From contig CACYCE010000022.1 of NCBI GenBank assembly GCA_902772915.1, positions 98,353 to 162,352 on the forward strand: 64,000 nucleotides of DNA, read 5' to 3'. Under the pieces are notes generated by a model. That model searched no databases, was not told the DNA's origin, and saw nothing but the letters and a program-made list of their open reading frames with translations. This stretch comes from an uncultured Erysipelotrichaceae bacterium (GTDB lineage Bacteria > Bacillota_I > Bacilli_A > RFN20 > CAG-288). The translations under genes were made by a program, and so were the position numbers. Of the stretch, positions 39,693 through 49,723 are shown piece by piece. Each line of letters opens with the position of its first letter. The stretch's first letter is position 1.

Positions 39693-41843
39693 ATGAAAAA
39701 AGCATTAAATTCCGTTTTAGCCTTAACCGCTGTTGCTGCCAGCTTAGTTACCTTAGCTTCCTGTGGAAATTCAGGATCAAATTTAGTTAAGAATAACAAG
39801 AACTGGTATGCCTTGTTTGGCGATAAGACTTCTTATGATTTAGTTTTAGGTGACTTCAATGACCTCTATTCCGAAGCTAGAGGCATCTTAAACGACAACG
39901 ATGAACGTTTCGTTAAAATGGCTGAAGCCGAAGCCGAATTGTTAGCTTCTGGTGTTTTTGTTCCCACCACTACTCAAGGTGGCGCTTACACTGTTTCCAG
40001 AGTTGCTCCTAGAACTGTTCCTTATGTTCAATGGGGCGTTGATAGTGATAGACTTAAATCCGCTATCGTCGTTGATAAATTTATCACTAAAGCTGATAGA
40101 GCTGCATTGATTGAAAAGTGGCAAGATGCTAGAGAAGGTAAAGCTGGTGCCGATTATTCCTATGCTGCTGTCAAGTCTTGGTTAGCTTCTAAAGGTTACA
40201 CTGTCCAAAATGTCTATAAGTCTTCGTTCTCTACCGCTCCTCAAACTTGGGATGTCTTAGCTACTTCTAGACAAAATGATACCGAACAAATCATTTGGGG
40301 TTTAGATGGCTTGGTTGAATATGACAACTTAGGTCAACAACAACCTGCTATTGCTGATGCTTTACCTGAAGTTTCTGCAGATGGTAAAACTTACACTTTC
40401 ACTATTAATGCCAATAAGGCCACCAAGGCTACTTGGGTTTCATCCGCTGGTCAAAAATATGCTGATGTTGTAGCTGATGACTTCGTTGCTGGCTTCCAAC
40501 ACATGTTGGATGCTTCTGGCGGACTTGAATATTTAGTCGATGGTGTTGTCAAAGGTGTTCATGAATATTTAGCTGGTACTGGTTCATTTGATAACGTTGG
40601 TGTCAAGGCTAATGGTAACAAGTTAACTATTACCTTAGTTGATCCCTTACCTTACTTTGAAACTATGTTGACTTACAACATCTTCTTCCCTATGAATAGA
40701 GCTTACTTCCAATCTAAGGGTGGTGTCTTCGGTATTAAAGAATTCGCTAATGCGAAATCTTCCTCTTCTTACACTTATGGTAAGTCCAAAGATGATATCT
40801 TATATAACGGCGCCTTCTTATGTTCTGAAGTTACCGCTAATAACGCTATCAAATACACCAAGAATAACTCTTACTACAACCCTGGTATCGTCAACTTAAC
40901 TTCCGCTGAATATAAATATGATGATGGTTCCGATCCTAAGGGCTCATTCGATGCTACTGTTGCTGGTGATTATGCTGGTACTGGTTTATCTAGCTCTACC
41001 TTACCTTTCGCTGAAACCACCAACTATGAAGGAAAGAATTTATTTAGCGACTACGCTTATATTTCTGACACTAACGCTACCACTTACTTCGGTGGTTGGA
41101 ACTTAAATAGACGTACCTTCGCCTTATCTAATGGTAATGTTGCGTCTCCTAAGACCAATGAAGAAGCTAGAGCTTATGCTACTGCTATCGTCAATAGAAA
41201 CTTCAGAAACGCTTTAGCTCACTCTTTCGATAGAAAGACATACAATGCTGTTTCTAGAGGTGCTAATTTAGCTGAAGCCAACTTAAGAAATATGTACACT
41301 TCACCTGATTTGGTTTCCTTAAACGAGGACTTCACCTATCAAATTGGTAATGAAAATGTCACTTTCGGTAAAGGTTCAACTTATGGTCAATTAGTTCAAA
41401 AGTTCATCGATAAGAAATACAATGGTGAATTCAATGTTGCTGATGGCAAAGATGGCTGGTACAATCCTACTTTAGCTAAATCTTACTTAGAAAAAGCTAT
41501 CACCGAATTAGACGCCGGCGTCTTCGCTGAACCTATCAAGATTGATGTTGAATACTACGCTGCTTCCGTCGTTCAAAAAGGTCAAGCTGAAGCTACTAAA
41601 GCTTCCTTCGAAGAAGCCTTAACCTTAAACGGTAGAAAATATGTTGAAGTCAACTTAGTAGAAGCTACTACTACTGATGATTACTATGAAGCTGGTTATT
41701 ATGCTCCTACTGGTGCTGATGCCGATTACGATTTATTCTACGGTTCTGGCTGGGGACCTGACTACGGTGATCCTAGTACTTACTTAGATACATACTTACC
41801 TGATGGACTTGGTTACATGACCAAAGTTAACGGCTTGTGGTAA
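39693..41843 (+). CDS. oppA: oligopeptide ABC transporter substrate-binding lipoprotein (Mollicute-type large OppA)
   Basis: Lipobox LASC. 716 aa. First gene of the opp operon. Codon usage (GCT/GGT/GTT-rich) resembles rpsB/tsf, suggesting high expression. Confidence 0.7.
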   Translation: MKKALNSVLALTAVAASLVTLASCGNSGSNLVKNNKNWYALFGDKTSYDLVLGDFNDLYSEARGILNDNDERFVKMAEAEAELLASGVFVPTTTQGGAYTVSRVAPRTVPYVQWGVDSDRLKSAIVVDKFITKADRAALIEKWQDAREGKAGADYSYAAVKSWLASKGYTVQNVYKSSFSTAPQTWDVLATSRQNDTEQIIWGLDGLVEYDNLGQQQPAIADALPEVSADGKTYTFTINANKATKATWVSSAGQKYADVVADDFVAGFQHMLDASGGLEYLVDGVVKGVHEYLAGTGSFDNVGVKANGNKLTITLVDPLPYFETMLTYNIFFPMNRAYFQSKGGVFGIKEFANAKSSSSYTYGKSKDDILYNGAFLCSEVTANNAIKYTKNNSYYNPGIVNLTSAEYKYDDGSDPKGSFDATVAGDYAGTGLSSSTLPFAETTNYEGKNLFSDYAYISDTNATTYFGGWNLNRRTFALSNGNVASPKTNEEARAYATAIVNRNFRNALAHSFDRKTYNAVSRGANLAEANLRNMYTSPDLVSLNEDFTYQIGNENVTFGKGSTYGQLVQKFIDKKYNGEFNVADGKDGWYNPTLAKSYLEKAITELDAGVFAEPIKIDVEYYAASVVQKGQAEATKASFEEALTLNGRKYVEVNLVEATTTDDYYEAGYYAPTGADADYDLFYGSGWGPDYGDPSTYLDTYLPDGLGYMTKVNGLW

Positions 41844-41887
41844 TCTACAGATCTTAGAAATAACTTATTTCTTTAAAAAATTTATTT

Positions 41888-41925
41888 AGAAGGTGGTTAT
41901 TTAATTAACTACCTTCTATTTTTTG
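41888..41925 (+). terminator. intra-operon terminator/attenuator after oppA
   Basis: AGAAGGTGGTTA-tttaat-TAACTACCTTCT (12 bp, one G.U pair) followed by ATTTTTT. Confidence 0.6.
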
Positions 41926-41946
41926 ACTAAATGTTATGTTAAAATT

Positions 41947-41981
41947 GTCGTATGCTTTTTGTATATAAAAAAGCATACGAC
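41947..41981 (+). promoter_or_regulatory. perfect 14-bp stem-loop between oppA and oppB (not a terminator)
   Basis: GTCGTATGCTTTTT-gtatata-AAAAAGCATACGAC. No U-run on either strand. Confidence 0.4.
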
Positions 41982-42026
41982 ATTTGTCATAACAAAAATA
42001 AAAATACGGAAAGGGGGAAGTAATAC

Positions 42027-43973
42027 ATGGCAAAATATTTACTTAAGAGAATCTTGTATTCTATTTTGTCCATCGTAGCGGTCATGTTTATCATCATGAT
42101 TTTAATCTTCTCATTAAAATCACGTGATTCCATTTTCACTAGCGATAACAATATTACACACTTAAGTAATAACCAGAAAGAAATTTACAAAGCTAGAAAG
42201 CTTCAAGACTTTGGTTATTTGCAATTTGTTGCTTACAGTACATACGCTGATGAACAATTAGATAAAGATGGCGTAACTGATGAATCGTTAAGGAGTTTCT
42301 ATAAGACTCTACCTAGCACAGGTGCTAATATTACACCTACATCAACTTACGCTTACATTCACGATGGAAAAATCGAATATTTAACTAATAAATATTTGTA
42401 TAATTTTAGAGCTGAGATGGAAGCTCAAGGTTACAAAGTCACCTTTTTAAATTACAAAAATGGTGATGCTCCACAATATTTTGCTACTAGAGATCACAAT
42501 GTTTTCGTTAGATTGGGTCAATTCTTCGGGTCAATGTTCCAATTTGAAAACATGGGAAATGTAGCCGCAGATCAAAATATTGATCGTTATATTAGATGGG
42601 AGTGGGACTACGCCTCAAATGCCCCTGCTTTAGTAGGCTCAGGAACCTCTCATAAATATTTGACTTACTATTCCGATTCTGGATCCATTTTAGCTGGTCA
42701 AAATATTTTCCATTTAAATTTAGGTTATTCTTACACTGGTGAAAATAAAGATAGAACCATTGAAGATATTTTATTATCTTCTCAAGGTACTAACGTCTTC
42801 TCACCTAATCCTTATCCTTATCAATATTTAATTATTGAAGATACTTATTCTGCCAAAAATATCAACTTCACAGTTAAGCATTTTGATAACGATGAAACTA
42901 CATTGATTAGTGAAGACCATGTCACTACTAACAAATATGTCTTCCAAGTTGATGATATTTATGATTTCTACAAAGTTTACGATGCTAACGGAAATCTAGT
43001 ATATGAATATCAACCTTTCGAAACTTCAGGTATTGCTATTACTGGTGAATTCGCCTTCTATTTCAATAATGATGGCGTAGCTACTGTTGTAGTACCTAAT
43101 CCTTACGATATTCACTCTGTTACTTACAGCCCTGAAATCTCCCCTTTATATGGAGATCACTATTCTAACGCTGTCACTAGGAAGAGTGGTTTGTCCACCA
43201 TGGGTTATTCTTTCTTAATCGGTATTTTAGCTACCTTGTTGTCATACATCTTAGGTATTCCTTTAGGTATCTTGATGGCTAGAAAGAAAGATAAGATTGC
43301 AGACCATATTGGTATGGCCTACATCATCTTCATCATCGCTGTTCCTTCCTTAGCTTACATTGCTATATTTAGAGCTTTAGGTGGAGCTATGGGTTTACCT
43401 ACTAAGTTCTATATTGGAAGCGGACCTACTTATTGGTTAGTCTACTTCTTACCTGTCATATCCTTAGCCTTACCTTCAATTGGTGGATTAATGAGATGGA
43501 CTAGACGTTACATGATCGACCAATCTAACGCTGATTATGTTAAGTTTGCTAGATCCCAAGGTATGTCAGAAAGAGAAATCTTCACTAAGCACATCGCCAG
43601 AAATGCCGCGATTCCTATTATCCATGGTATTCCTGGTAGTATCTTAGGTTGTTTAACTGGTGCCTTTATCACTGAGCGATTCTATGCTGTTCCTGGTACT
43701 GGTAAATTGTTAACTACCGCTATCAACTCTTCAGATAACGGTACTATCGTCGCTTTAGCTTTCTTCTACTCATTGTTATCAATTATCTCCTTAATTTTAG
43801 GTGATATATTGTTAACTATGGTTGATCCTCGTATTTCCTTTGTCGACGGAGGTGCAGGTTCGATTAAATTTAGAAGAAAGAAGAAAAAAGCTCCTGAATC
43901 CGGCACTGATACTGACGAGAATCAACCTGCCGAAATTCAAGAGACAGTCGCAACAGTAAAGGAGGGTGAATAA
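42027..43973 (+). CDS. oppB: oligopeptide ABC transporter permease OppB with large extracellular insertion
   Basis: N-terminal TM, then a ~350-aa hydrophilic domain, then a C-terminal BPD-transporter permease core with EAA-like loop. Confidence 0.8.
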   Translation: MAKYLLKRILYSILSIVAVMFIIMILIFSLKSRDSIFTSDNNITHLSNNQKEIYKARKLQDFGYLQFVAYSTYADEQLDKDGVTDESLRSFYKTLPSTGANITPTSTYAYIHDGKIEYLTNKYLYNFRAEMEAQGYKVTFLNYKNGDAPQYFATRDHNVFVRLGQFFGSMFQFENMGNVAADQNIDRYIRWEWDYASNAPALVGSGTSHKYLTYYSDSGSILAGQNIFHLNLGYSYTGENKDRTIEDILLSSQGTNVFSPNPYPYQYLIIEDTYSAKNINFTVKHFDNDETTLISEDHVTTNKYVFQVDDIYDFYKVYDANGNLVYEYQPFETSGIAITGEFAFYFNNDGVATVVVPNPYDIHSVTYSPEISPLYGDHYSNAVTRKSGLSTMGYSFLIGILATLLSYILGIPLGILMARKKDKIADHIGMAYIIFIIAVPSLAYIAIFRALGGAMGLPTKFYIGSGPTYWLVYFLPVISLALPSIGGLMRWTRRYMIDQSNADYVKFARSQGMSEREIFTKHIARNAAIPIIHGIPGSILGCLTGAFITERFYAVPGTGKLLTTAINSSDNGTIVALAFFYSLLSIISLILGDILLTMVDPRISFVDGGAGSIKFRRKKKKAPESGTDTDENQPAEIQETVATVKEGE

Positions 43974-44965
43974 TGGAATACGTAGATTTAACTAAGCCTT
44001 ATGCTCCTCACGACGAGAATGATGAATTATTCGTCTTTGCTGATCACTCTACAGCGGCTAGTGAAAAGATCGTTGCCCCTAGATATTCCTACTGGAAGTC
44101 TGTCGGACGCGTCTTCTTTAGAAAAAAGAGTAATTGGGTAGCCTTAATCTTCATGGGCATAATTATCCTCTTGGCGATTTTCTATCCAATTTTCCAACCT
44201 TATGGTGAAAGTGCAGCTCTCAATCCTAATATTAGAGATGTCTCTACTTTCTCCTTGTCTCCTTCTGATGCTATTGGAAAGTTGGGCTTCCATATTAAAT
44301 GGATATTTGGTACTTCTCCTACTGGTAACTCCATATTTAACGCTTTGTGGAGCGCTACTAGAACTTCAGTATCCTTAGCCTTTATTTGTACGATTATCAA
44401 TATGATCATCGGTGTCGTCTTAGGTGCCGTTTGGGGTTTATCTAAGAGATTCGATGTTGTCATGACTCAAATCTACAATATTATCGCTAATGTTCCTTAC
44501 GTCTTGTTGATTTCCGTTTTGGTTTATATCATCGGTGCGGGTTATTGGGCTTTCGTCTTTGCTTTAACAATCACCGGTTGGTTAGGTATTGCTTACTTCA
44601 TCAGAACTCAAGTCATCATTATTCGTGATAGAGAATATAATTTAGCTTCCAAGACCTTAGGTACTAGAACTGGAAGAATCGTCACTAGAAACATCTTACC
44701 TTTCATGGTTTCTGTTATTGTTACTTTAATCGCTAGTGAACTTCCTTCCTATATCGGGTACGAAGTCTTCTTATCTTACATCGGTGTCGGTTTATCCGCT
44801 TCGAATATTTCTATAGGTCGTATGATTTCCGAATCTGAGCCTTCATGGGTTGCCTTCCCTTGGCAATTCTGGCCTCCTGTGGCCATCTCAGCGGTTGTCT
44901 CAATCGTCTTGTATGTCGTCGGTCAAAATATCGGCGATGCTTCCGACCCTAGAACTCACATGTAG
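43973..44965 (+). CDS. oppC: oligopeptide ABC transporter permease OppC
   Basis: Permease fold with conserved loop ASKTLGTRTGRIVTRNILP. TAATG overlap with oppB. Confidence 0.85.
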   Translation: MEYVDLTKPYAPHDENDELFVFADHSTAASEKIVAPRYSYWKSVGRVFFRKKSNWVALIFMGIIILLAIFYPIFQPYGESAALNPNIRDVSTFSLSPSDAIGKLGFHIKWIFGTSPTGNSIFNALWSATRTSVSLAFICTIINMIIGVVLGAVWGLSKRFDVVMTQIYNIIANVPYVLLISVLVYIIGAGYWAFVFALTITGWLGIAYFIRTQVIIIRDREYNLASKTLGTRTGRIVTRNILPFMVSVIVTLIASELPSYIGYEVFLSYIGVGLSASNISIGRMISESEPSWVAFPWQFWPPVAISAVVSIVLYVVGQNIGDASDPRTHM

Positions 44966-44976
44966 AGGTATTGATT

Positions 44977-46731
44977 ATGGAAAATGAAAAGAAAGTAATT
45001 TTATCAATCAGAGACCTCGAAGTTAAGTTCAATGTTCGTGGACGTAAATTAACGGCAATAAGAGGTATTGATTTAGATATTTACGATGGCGAATCCATCG
45101 CTATCGTCGGTGAATCAGGTTCAGGTAAGTCTGTCTTAACTAAGACTTTCTCCGGTATGACTGATTCCAATGGTTATATTTCTCACGGTGACATTATCTT
45201 GTATGATGATGAAGTCAGTGAGACTAAAGTTAAGATGACTAGATCTAGAAAGTTCATCTTCAACTCTATTAAAAGCACTCTAGATAACAAGTCTTATTTA
45301 GAAAACGGTGCTCCTGTATATCAAAAACTTCAAGCTCTTGAACTTGAGAAGGAAGAATTATACAAGCTTCCTAGATCTGTAAGAGCTGAATACAAAGCTA
45401 ATATTCAAAAGGCTCAAAATGATTTGATTGAAAAACAGAACGAAGTTCAAATTTATGATGCTAAGACTGAAAAAGATCAAATCAAGAAATGTAAAGAAGA
45501 AATTAAGCAACTTGAATTAGATTTAGATAAGGCTAAAAAAGAATACGCTGATGCTAAATTTAAGAGAAGACAAGAAGCTTTAGCTAACGATGAATTTAAC
45601 GCTCGTTACAATTCTGAAAAGGCGAGTTTAAAAGAAGAATTAGCTTCTCTTTACAGCAATCCTGTCGATGAAAAAGTTTATCAAAGAAACGACATCCTCG
45701 CTAAGGAAATTATTCTTTCTGCCTCTAGATACGGTTTCTTTGATAACATCACTTTATCTAGAAAGTTAACTAGCTTGTTAGTTAACGCTATGAGAAATGG
45801 TAAAAATCTCTCCGATGAGAAAACATTAAATGAAATCTTCGACCAAGTTAACTTCCGTGTTAAATATGAGAAGACTTTAGATGATGGTAGTTTATTAGGT
45901 TATTGTGTTGTTAACTTAGCTAAAGTTAAGAAATCTAAAGATTGGCAGAAGATTAGAGGTACTAGAATCTCTACAGTCTTCCAAGATCCTATGACTTCAC
46001 TTAACCCTATCATCAGAATTGGACAACAAATTACCGATGTTATTATGAAGCATCAACATTGCTCACATTACGAAGCTAAAAGAAGAGCAATCAAGATTAT
46101 GCAAGATGTCGGTATCGACAACGCTGAAAAGAGATTCGATGACTATCCTTTCCAATACTCTGGTGGTATGAGACAGAGAATCGTCATTGCTATCGCCTTA
46201 TCTTGCGCTCCTAAGATTCTCATCTGCGATGAACCTACAACCGCTTTGGATGTTACTATTCAAGCTCAAATCATCAGATTGATTAAATCTCTACAAAAGA
46301 AGTACAACTATACCACAATCTACATTACTCACGATTTAGGTGTTGTTGCTAACGTCGCTGATAGAGTCGTCGTCTTGTACGCTGGTCAACCTGTTGAAAT
46401 CGGTACTGTTGAAGATATCTTCTACAATCCTCAACATCCTTACACTTGGGCTTTGTTATCTTCTTTACCTCAACTTTCTGTTAAAGGTGAGAAGTTATAT
46501 TCTATCTCCGGTACACCTCCTTCTTTGTATACCAAAGTTAAAGGTGATGCCTTCGCTTTAAGAAGTGATTACACTCTAGCTATCGACTTAGTTAAAGAGC
46601 CTCCTATGTTTAAAATTAGCGAGACTCACTACGCTAAGACTTGGTTGCTAGATCCTCGTGCTCCTAAAGTTGAAAAGCCCAAGAACATTCAAAATCTCCA
46701 CGAAAAATTAAGTGGAAGTAAATATAACTAG
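44977..46731 (+). CDS. oppD: oligopeptide ABC transporter ATPase OppD with ~260-aa coiled-coil insertion
   Basis: Walker A GESGSGKS. Signature LSGGMRQR, Walker B ILICDEPT and H-loop lie far downstream of an inserted E/K-rich segment. ATG 44977 (AGAGG RBS 8 nt upstream) is preferred over the track's TTG 44971. Confidence 0.85.
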   Translation: MENEKKVILSIRDLEVKFNVRGRKLTAIRGIDLDIYDGESIAIVGESGSGKSVLTKTFSGMTDSNGYISHGDIILYDDEVSETKVKMTRSRKFIFNSIKSTLDNKSYLENGAPVYQKLQALELEKEELYKLPRSVRAEYKANIQKAQNDLIEKQNEVQIYDAKTEKDQIKKCKEEIKQLELDLDKAKKEYADAKFKRRQEALANDEFNARYNSEKASLKEELASLYSNPVDEKVYQRNDILAKEIILSASRYGFFDNITLSRKLTSLLVNAMRNGKNLSDEKTLNEIFDQVNFRVKYEKTLDDGSLLGYCVVNLAKVKKSKDWQKIRGTRISTVFQDPMTSLNPIIRIGQQITDVIMKHQHCSHYEAKRRAIKIMQDVGIDNAEKRFDDYPFQYSGGMRQRIVIAIALSCAPKILICDEPTTALDVTIQAQIIRLIKSLQKKYNYTTIYITHDLGVVANVADRVVVLYAGQPVEIGTVEDIFYNPQHPYTWALLSSLPQLSVKGEKLYSISGTPPSLYTKVKGDAFALRSDYTLAIDLVKEPPMFKISETHYAKTWLLDPRAPKVEKPKNIQNLHEKLSGSKYN

Positions 46732-46743
46732 GAGGTCAATTCA

Positions 46744-47826
46744 ATGTTTAAATTTAAGAAAAAAACTGAAAATGAAAATGTTGAACTAAATTCTAGTGAA
46801 GTTACTTCTGAGCAAGCTGCTCCTAGTGAAGTTGCCCCCGAATTAGTCTTTAAAAATGTCTCTAATGAACCTATTAACAAGGACAATAGAGAAGTTGTAG
46901 TTTCCGTTCAACATGTCGACATCGAATTCGGACGTGGAAAGAAGAAATTTAAAGCTGTCACTGATGCTTCCTTTGATATTTATAAAGGTGAAACTTTCTC
47001 CTTAGTCGGTGAATCTGGTTCTGGTAAGACAACTATTGGTCGTGCCATTATGAGAATCAATCCTTGCGCAGCGGGTAATATTTACTTCAAGGGCAAGAGA
47101 ATCTCCGGTAAGTTATCTAACGAGGAGAAAAGAGAATTCACTAAGAAAATTCAAATGGTCTTCCAAGACCCTGCGGCATCTTTAAACGAGAGAGCTACAA
47201 TCGATTATATCGTCTCAGAAGGTTTATATAATTTCCATTTGTATAAAGATGAGAAAGATAGAATCGCAAAGGTTGAAAAAATCATCAATGAAGTCGGCTT
47301 ACTTCCTGAGCATTTAACTAGATATCCTCACGAATTCTCCGGCGGGCAAAGACAGAGAGTCGGTCTAGCTAGAGCCATCGTCATGGAGCCGGAATTCATC
47401 GTTGCTGATGAACCTATATCCGCTTTGGATGTTTCTATCCGTGCTCAAATACTCAATTTGTTGAAGAAGTTCCAAGAAGAGAAGGGATTAACTTACCTCT
47501 TCATCGCTCACGATTTATCTATAGTCAGATTTATTTCTGATAGAATCGCGGTTATTCACAAAGGAAGAATCGTGGAAATTGCAGAGTCTGAAGAATTGTT
47601 CAATTACCCTCTCCATCCGTATACCAGATCTTTGATGAGTGCAATTCCTGTTCCCGATCCTCAAATCGAAAAGAACAAGACTTTATTCGTCTACGATCCT
47701 TCTATTCACGATTATTCTGTTCATAAACCTGAATTAGTTTATATAGGACATAATCACTACATCTATGGTAATGAAGAAGAAATTCAACATTACATGGCAA
47801 TTCGTGAAGGAAAGATTTCTGAATAG
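46744..47826 (+). CDS. oppF: oligopeptide ABC transporter ATPase OppF
   Basis: Walker A GESGSGKT, signature FSGGQRQR, Walker [19 protein letters not shown]. Confidence 0.9.
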   Translation: MFKFKKKTENENVELNSSEVTSEQAAPSEVAPELVFKNVSNEPINKDNREVVVSVQHVDIEFGRGKKKFKAVTDASFDIYKGETFSLVGESGSGKTTIGRAIMRINPCAAGNIYFKGKRISGKLSNEEKREFTKKIQMVFQDPAASLNERATIDYIVSEGLYNFHLYKDEKDRIAKVEKIINEVGLLPEHLTRYPHEFSGGQRQRVGLARAIVMEPEFIVADEPISALDVSIRAQILNLLKKFQEEKGLTYLFIAHDLSIVRFISDRIAVIHKGRIVEIAESEELFNYPLHPYTRSLMSAIPVPDPQIEKNKTLFVYDPSIHDYSVHKPELVYIGHNHYIYGNEEEIQHYMAIREGKISE

Positions 47827-47828
47827 AA

Positions 47829-49178
47829 ATGTCGGAATACAAAAATCTCGAAGTTAAGAATCTATCTAAAAAAGAGATCATCATCAGAATTGTTGCAGTA
47901 GTGGCTTTGTTAGCTATAGCCGTTACTTCTATAGTTTTAGGAGTTAACGCTTACATCAATTCTCAAAAAAAGGCTGTAGGTAGTTATACCTTGACCTTAG
48001 AAAGCTCCTCAGAAGATGGTCCTTATAATATGAATTTAGGTATCTCTTATTATTGCGATGATTCTAATGGAAGTGATGCGAACACTAAATTCAATAACGT
48101 TTCTTCTTTCGCTATGAATAAAGCTAGTGAAATTTATTCTTATTTGGATAACACTAAAGCTTATAAAAACGAAGCGGGAGAATATTTAAAAAACAATTTA
48201 CACGCTATAAACGATTCTTTAGGTCAAAAGTTACAGATCACTAAGACTTTATATGAGATTCTAAGTGATGCTTATAACAAGACAAATGAAGTTGATTCGC
48301 ACTATTCTATTTACAGCGGTATGCTCAATTACTTCTGGTGGACTCTCTTATCTAACGATTTAAGTGTTGACCCTTATTACAACAAAGATTCTAAGGAAAT
48401 AATTTCTATCTTATCTGAATTATCTAAGAGTGAATATTACACTTTGAATCTTGAACAAGAAGTAAAAGATGGTACTAATTATTATTATGTTACCTTCGAC
48501 ATGACTTCAGAAGGTAAACTAAAATTTGAAGCTAATCAAGATAGATTCAAATTTATCAAGGATAATTTAGGAGTCTATCCTATCTTAGACTTGAATGTCT
48601 TATTAGACAGTTATTATATTCAATATCTAGCGGATGCATTTATTCAAGCTAATTGGACTAAAGGAATTATTTATTCCTATACTGGAATCTATGTTAACTT
48701 AGGTGAATACGGAGAAAAAGAGGCTGTTGCTAATATTCCTGTATTTGATTACGATAACCTCTTGCAAGCGAATTTAATAGGTATGTACAGTTCTAAACAA
48801 CCTTTAGTAGCGACATCTATTAAATCGTTCCCTTACTTCACTTACGAGAAGAATTACGCTTATAAAGTCTTCAAAGACGATCAAGGAAATATAGTTTCAC
48901 ACTCAGTTTACTTTGATTATAAGACTGGTTATTCTTCTAAAAAGATGCATAATTCCATCTTAGTTAATACAGGGAGAAATGTGAGATTATACGATCTCAC
49001 TTACAAGAATCTAAATCTAGTCTTAAATGAAGCAACTGATTTAGAAGATTACAAAACTTTGCCTTTCGGAGCAGGAGTAATATTCGACTCTGAAAATAAA
49101 ACATTAAATATCAATTCTGAGTTTAGTTCTAAATTCAACAAAACAACTCAATTAAATTACACAATTAAAACATTCTAG
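47829..49178 (+). CDS. hypothetical membrane-anchored extracellular protein, translationally coupled to oppF
   Basis: 449 aa. One N-terminal TM (IIIRIVAVVALLAIAVTSIVLGV). Begins 2 nt after the oppF stop. No motif recognised. Confidence 0.5.
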   Translation: MSEYKNLEVKNLSKKEIIIRIVAVVALLAIAVTSIVLGVNAYINSQKKAVGSYTLTLESSSEDGPYNMNLGISYYCDDSNGSDANTKFNNVSSFAMNKASEIYSYLDNTKAYKNEAGEYLKNNLHAINDSLGQKLQITKTLYEILSDAYNKTNEVDSHYSIYSGMLNYFWWTLLSNDLSVDPYYNKDSKEIISILSELSKSEYYTLNLEQEVKDGTNYYYVTFDMTSEGKLKFEANQDRFKFIKDNLGVYPILDLNVLLDSYYIQYLADAFIQANWTKGIIYSYTGIYVNLGEYGEKEAVANIPVFDYDNLLQANLIGMYSSKQPLVATSIKSFPYFTYEKNYAYKVFKDDQGNIVSHSVYFDYKTGYSSKKMHNSILVNTGRNVRLYDLTYKNLNLVLNEATDLEDYKTLPFGAGVIFDSENKTLNINSEFSSKFNKTTQLNYTIKTF

Positions 49179-49205
49179 GAAAGTAGATAAGGAGGACCTT
49201 ATAAA

Positions 49206-49604
49206 ATGGATGTAAAGAAGATATTAAACGCTGCAGGCGTCATCGCGATTATCGTTGCGATCGTATTTCAATTCCTATCAGCTTTTAAGTGGTTGATGCT
49301 ATTGATTTCATTTATCTTAATTCTAATTGGTGGATGCTTGATATCTAAAGCGAACGCGAGAAAATATTTAGGTATTATCTCATTGATATCTGAAGCTTTC
49401 TCTATCATGTGGTCAATGTGGATGTTAATCGACTTCGCTAGATTTGGCACTGGTCCTATTTATTATCCTGTCCTCTGCTTAGTCTTCGATCTTTTAGCGG
49501 CAACTGTCTCTTCATTCATGTTAATTATGTGGTTGGAGCAGAATAAAGGTAAGGAATATAATCCTTTAATCAATTACCTTAACGCTAAAGAGAATCAATT
49601 GTAA
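49206..49604 (+). CDS. small 4-TM membrane protein
   Basis: 132 aa, four hydrophobic helices. Strong AAGGAGG RBS. Confidence 0.5.
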   Translation: MDVKKILNAAGVIAIIVAIVFQFLSAFKWLMLLISFILILIGGCLISKANARKYLGIISLISEAFSIMWSMWMLIDFARFGTGPIYYPVLCLVFDLLAATVSSFMLIMWLEQNKGKEYNPLINYLNAKENQL

Positions 49605-49617
49605 TTTAATTAGTTAT

Positions 49618-49646
49618 AAAGCCGCAAAGATTGCGGCTTTTATTAT
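49618..49646 (+). terminator. rho-independent terminator ending the opp-associated operon
   Basis: AAAGCCGCAA-aga-TTGCGGCTTT followed by TATTAT/T-rich. Confidence 0.7.
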
Positions 49647-49723
49647 ATTTTCTAATTATATTTATTGTTAGTTAGTTTATTAAGTTTTATCATATAAACA
49701 TAGAGAAAAAATTAGGAGGATCT

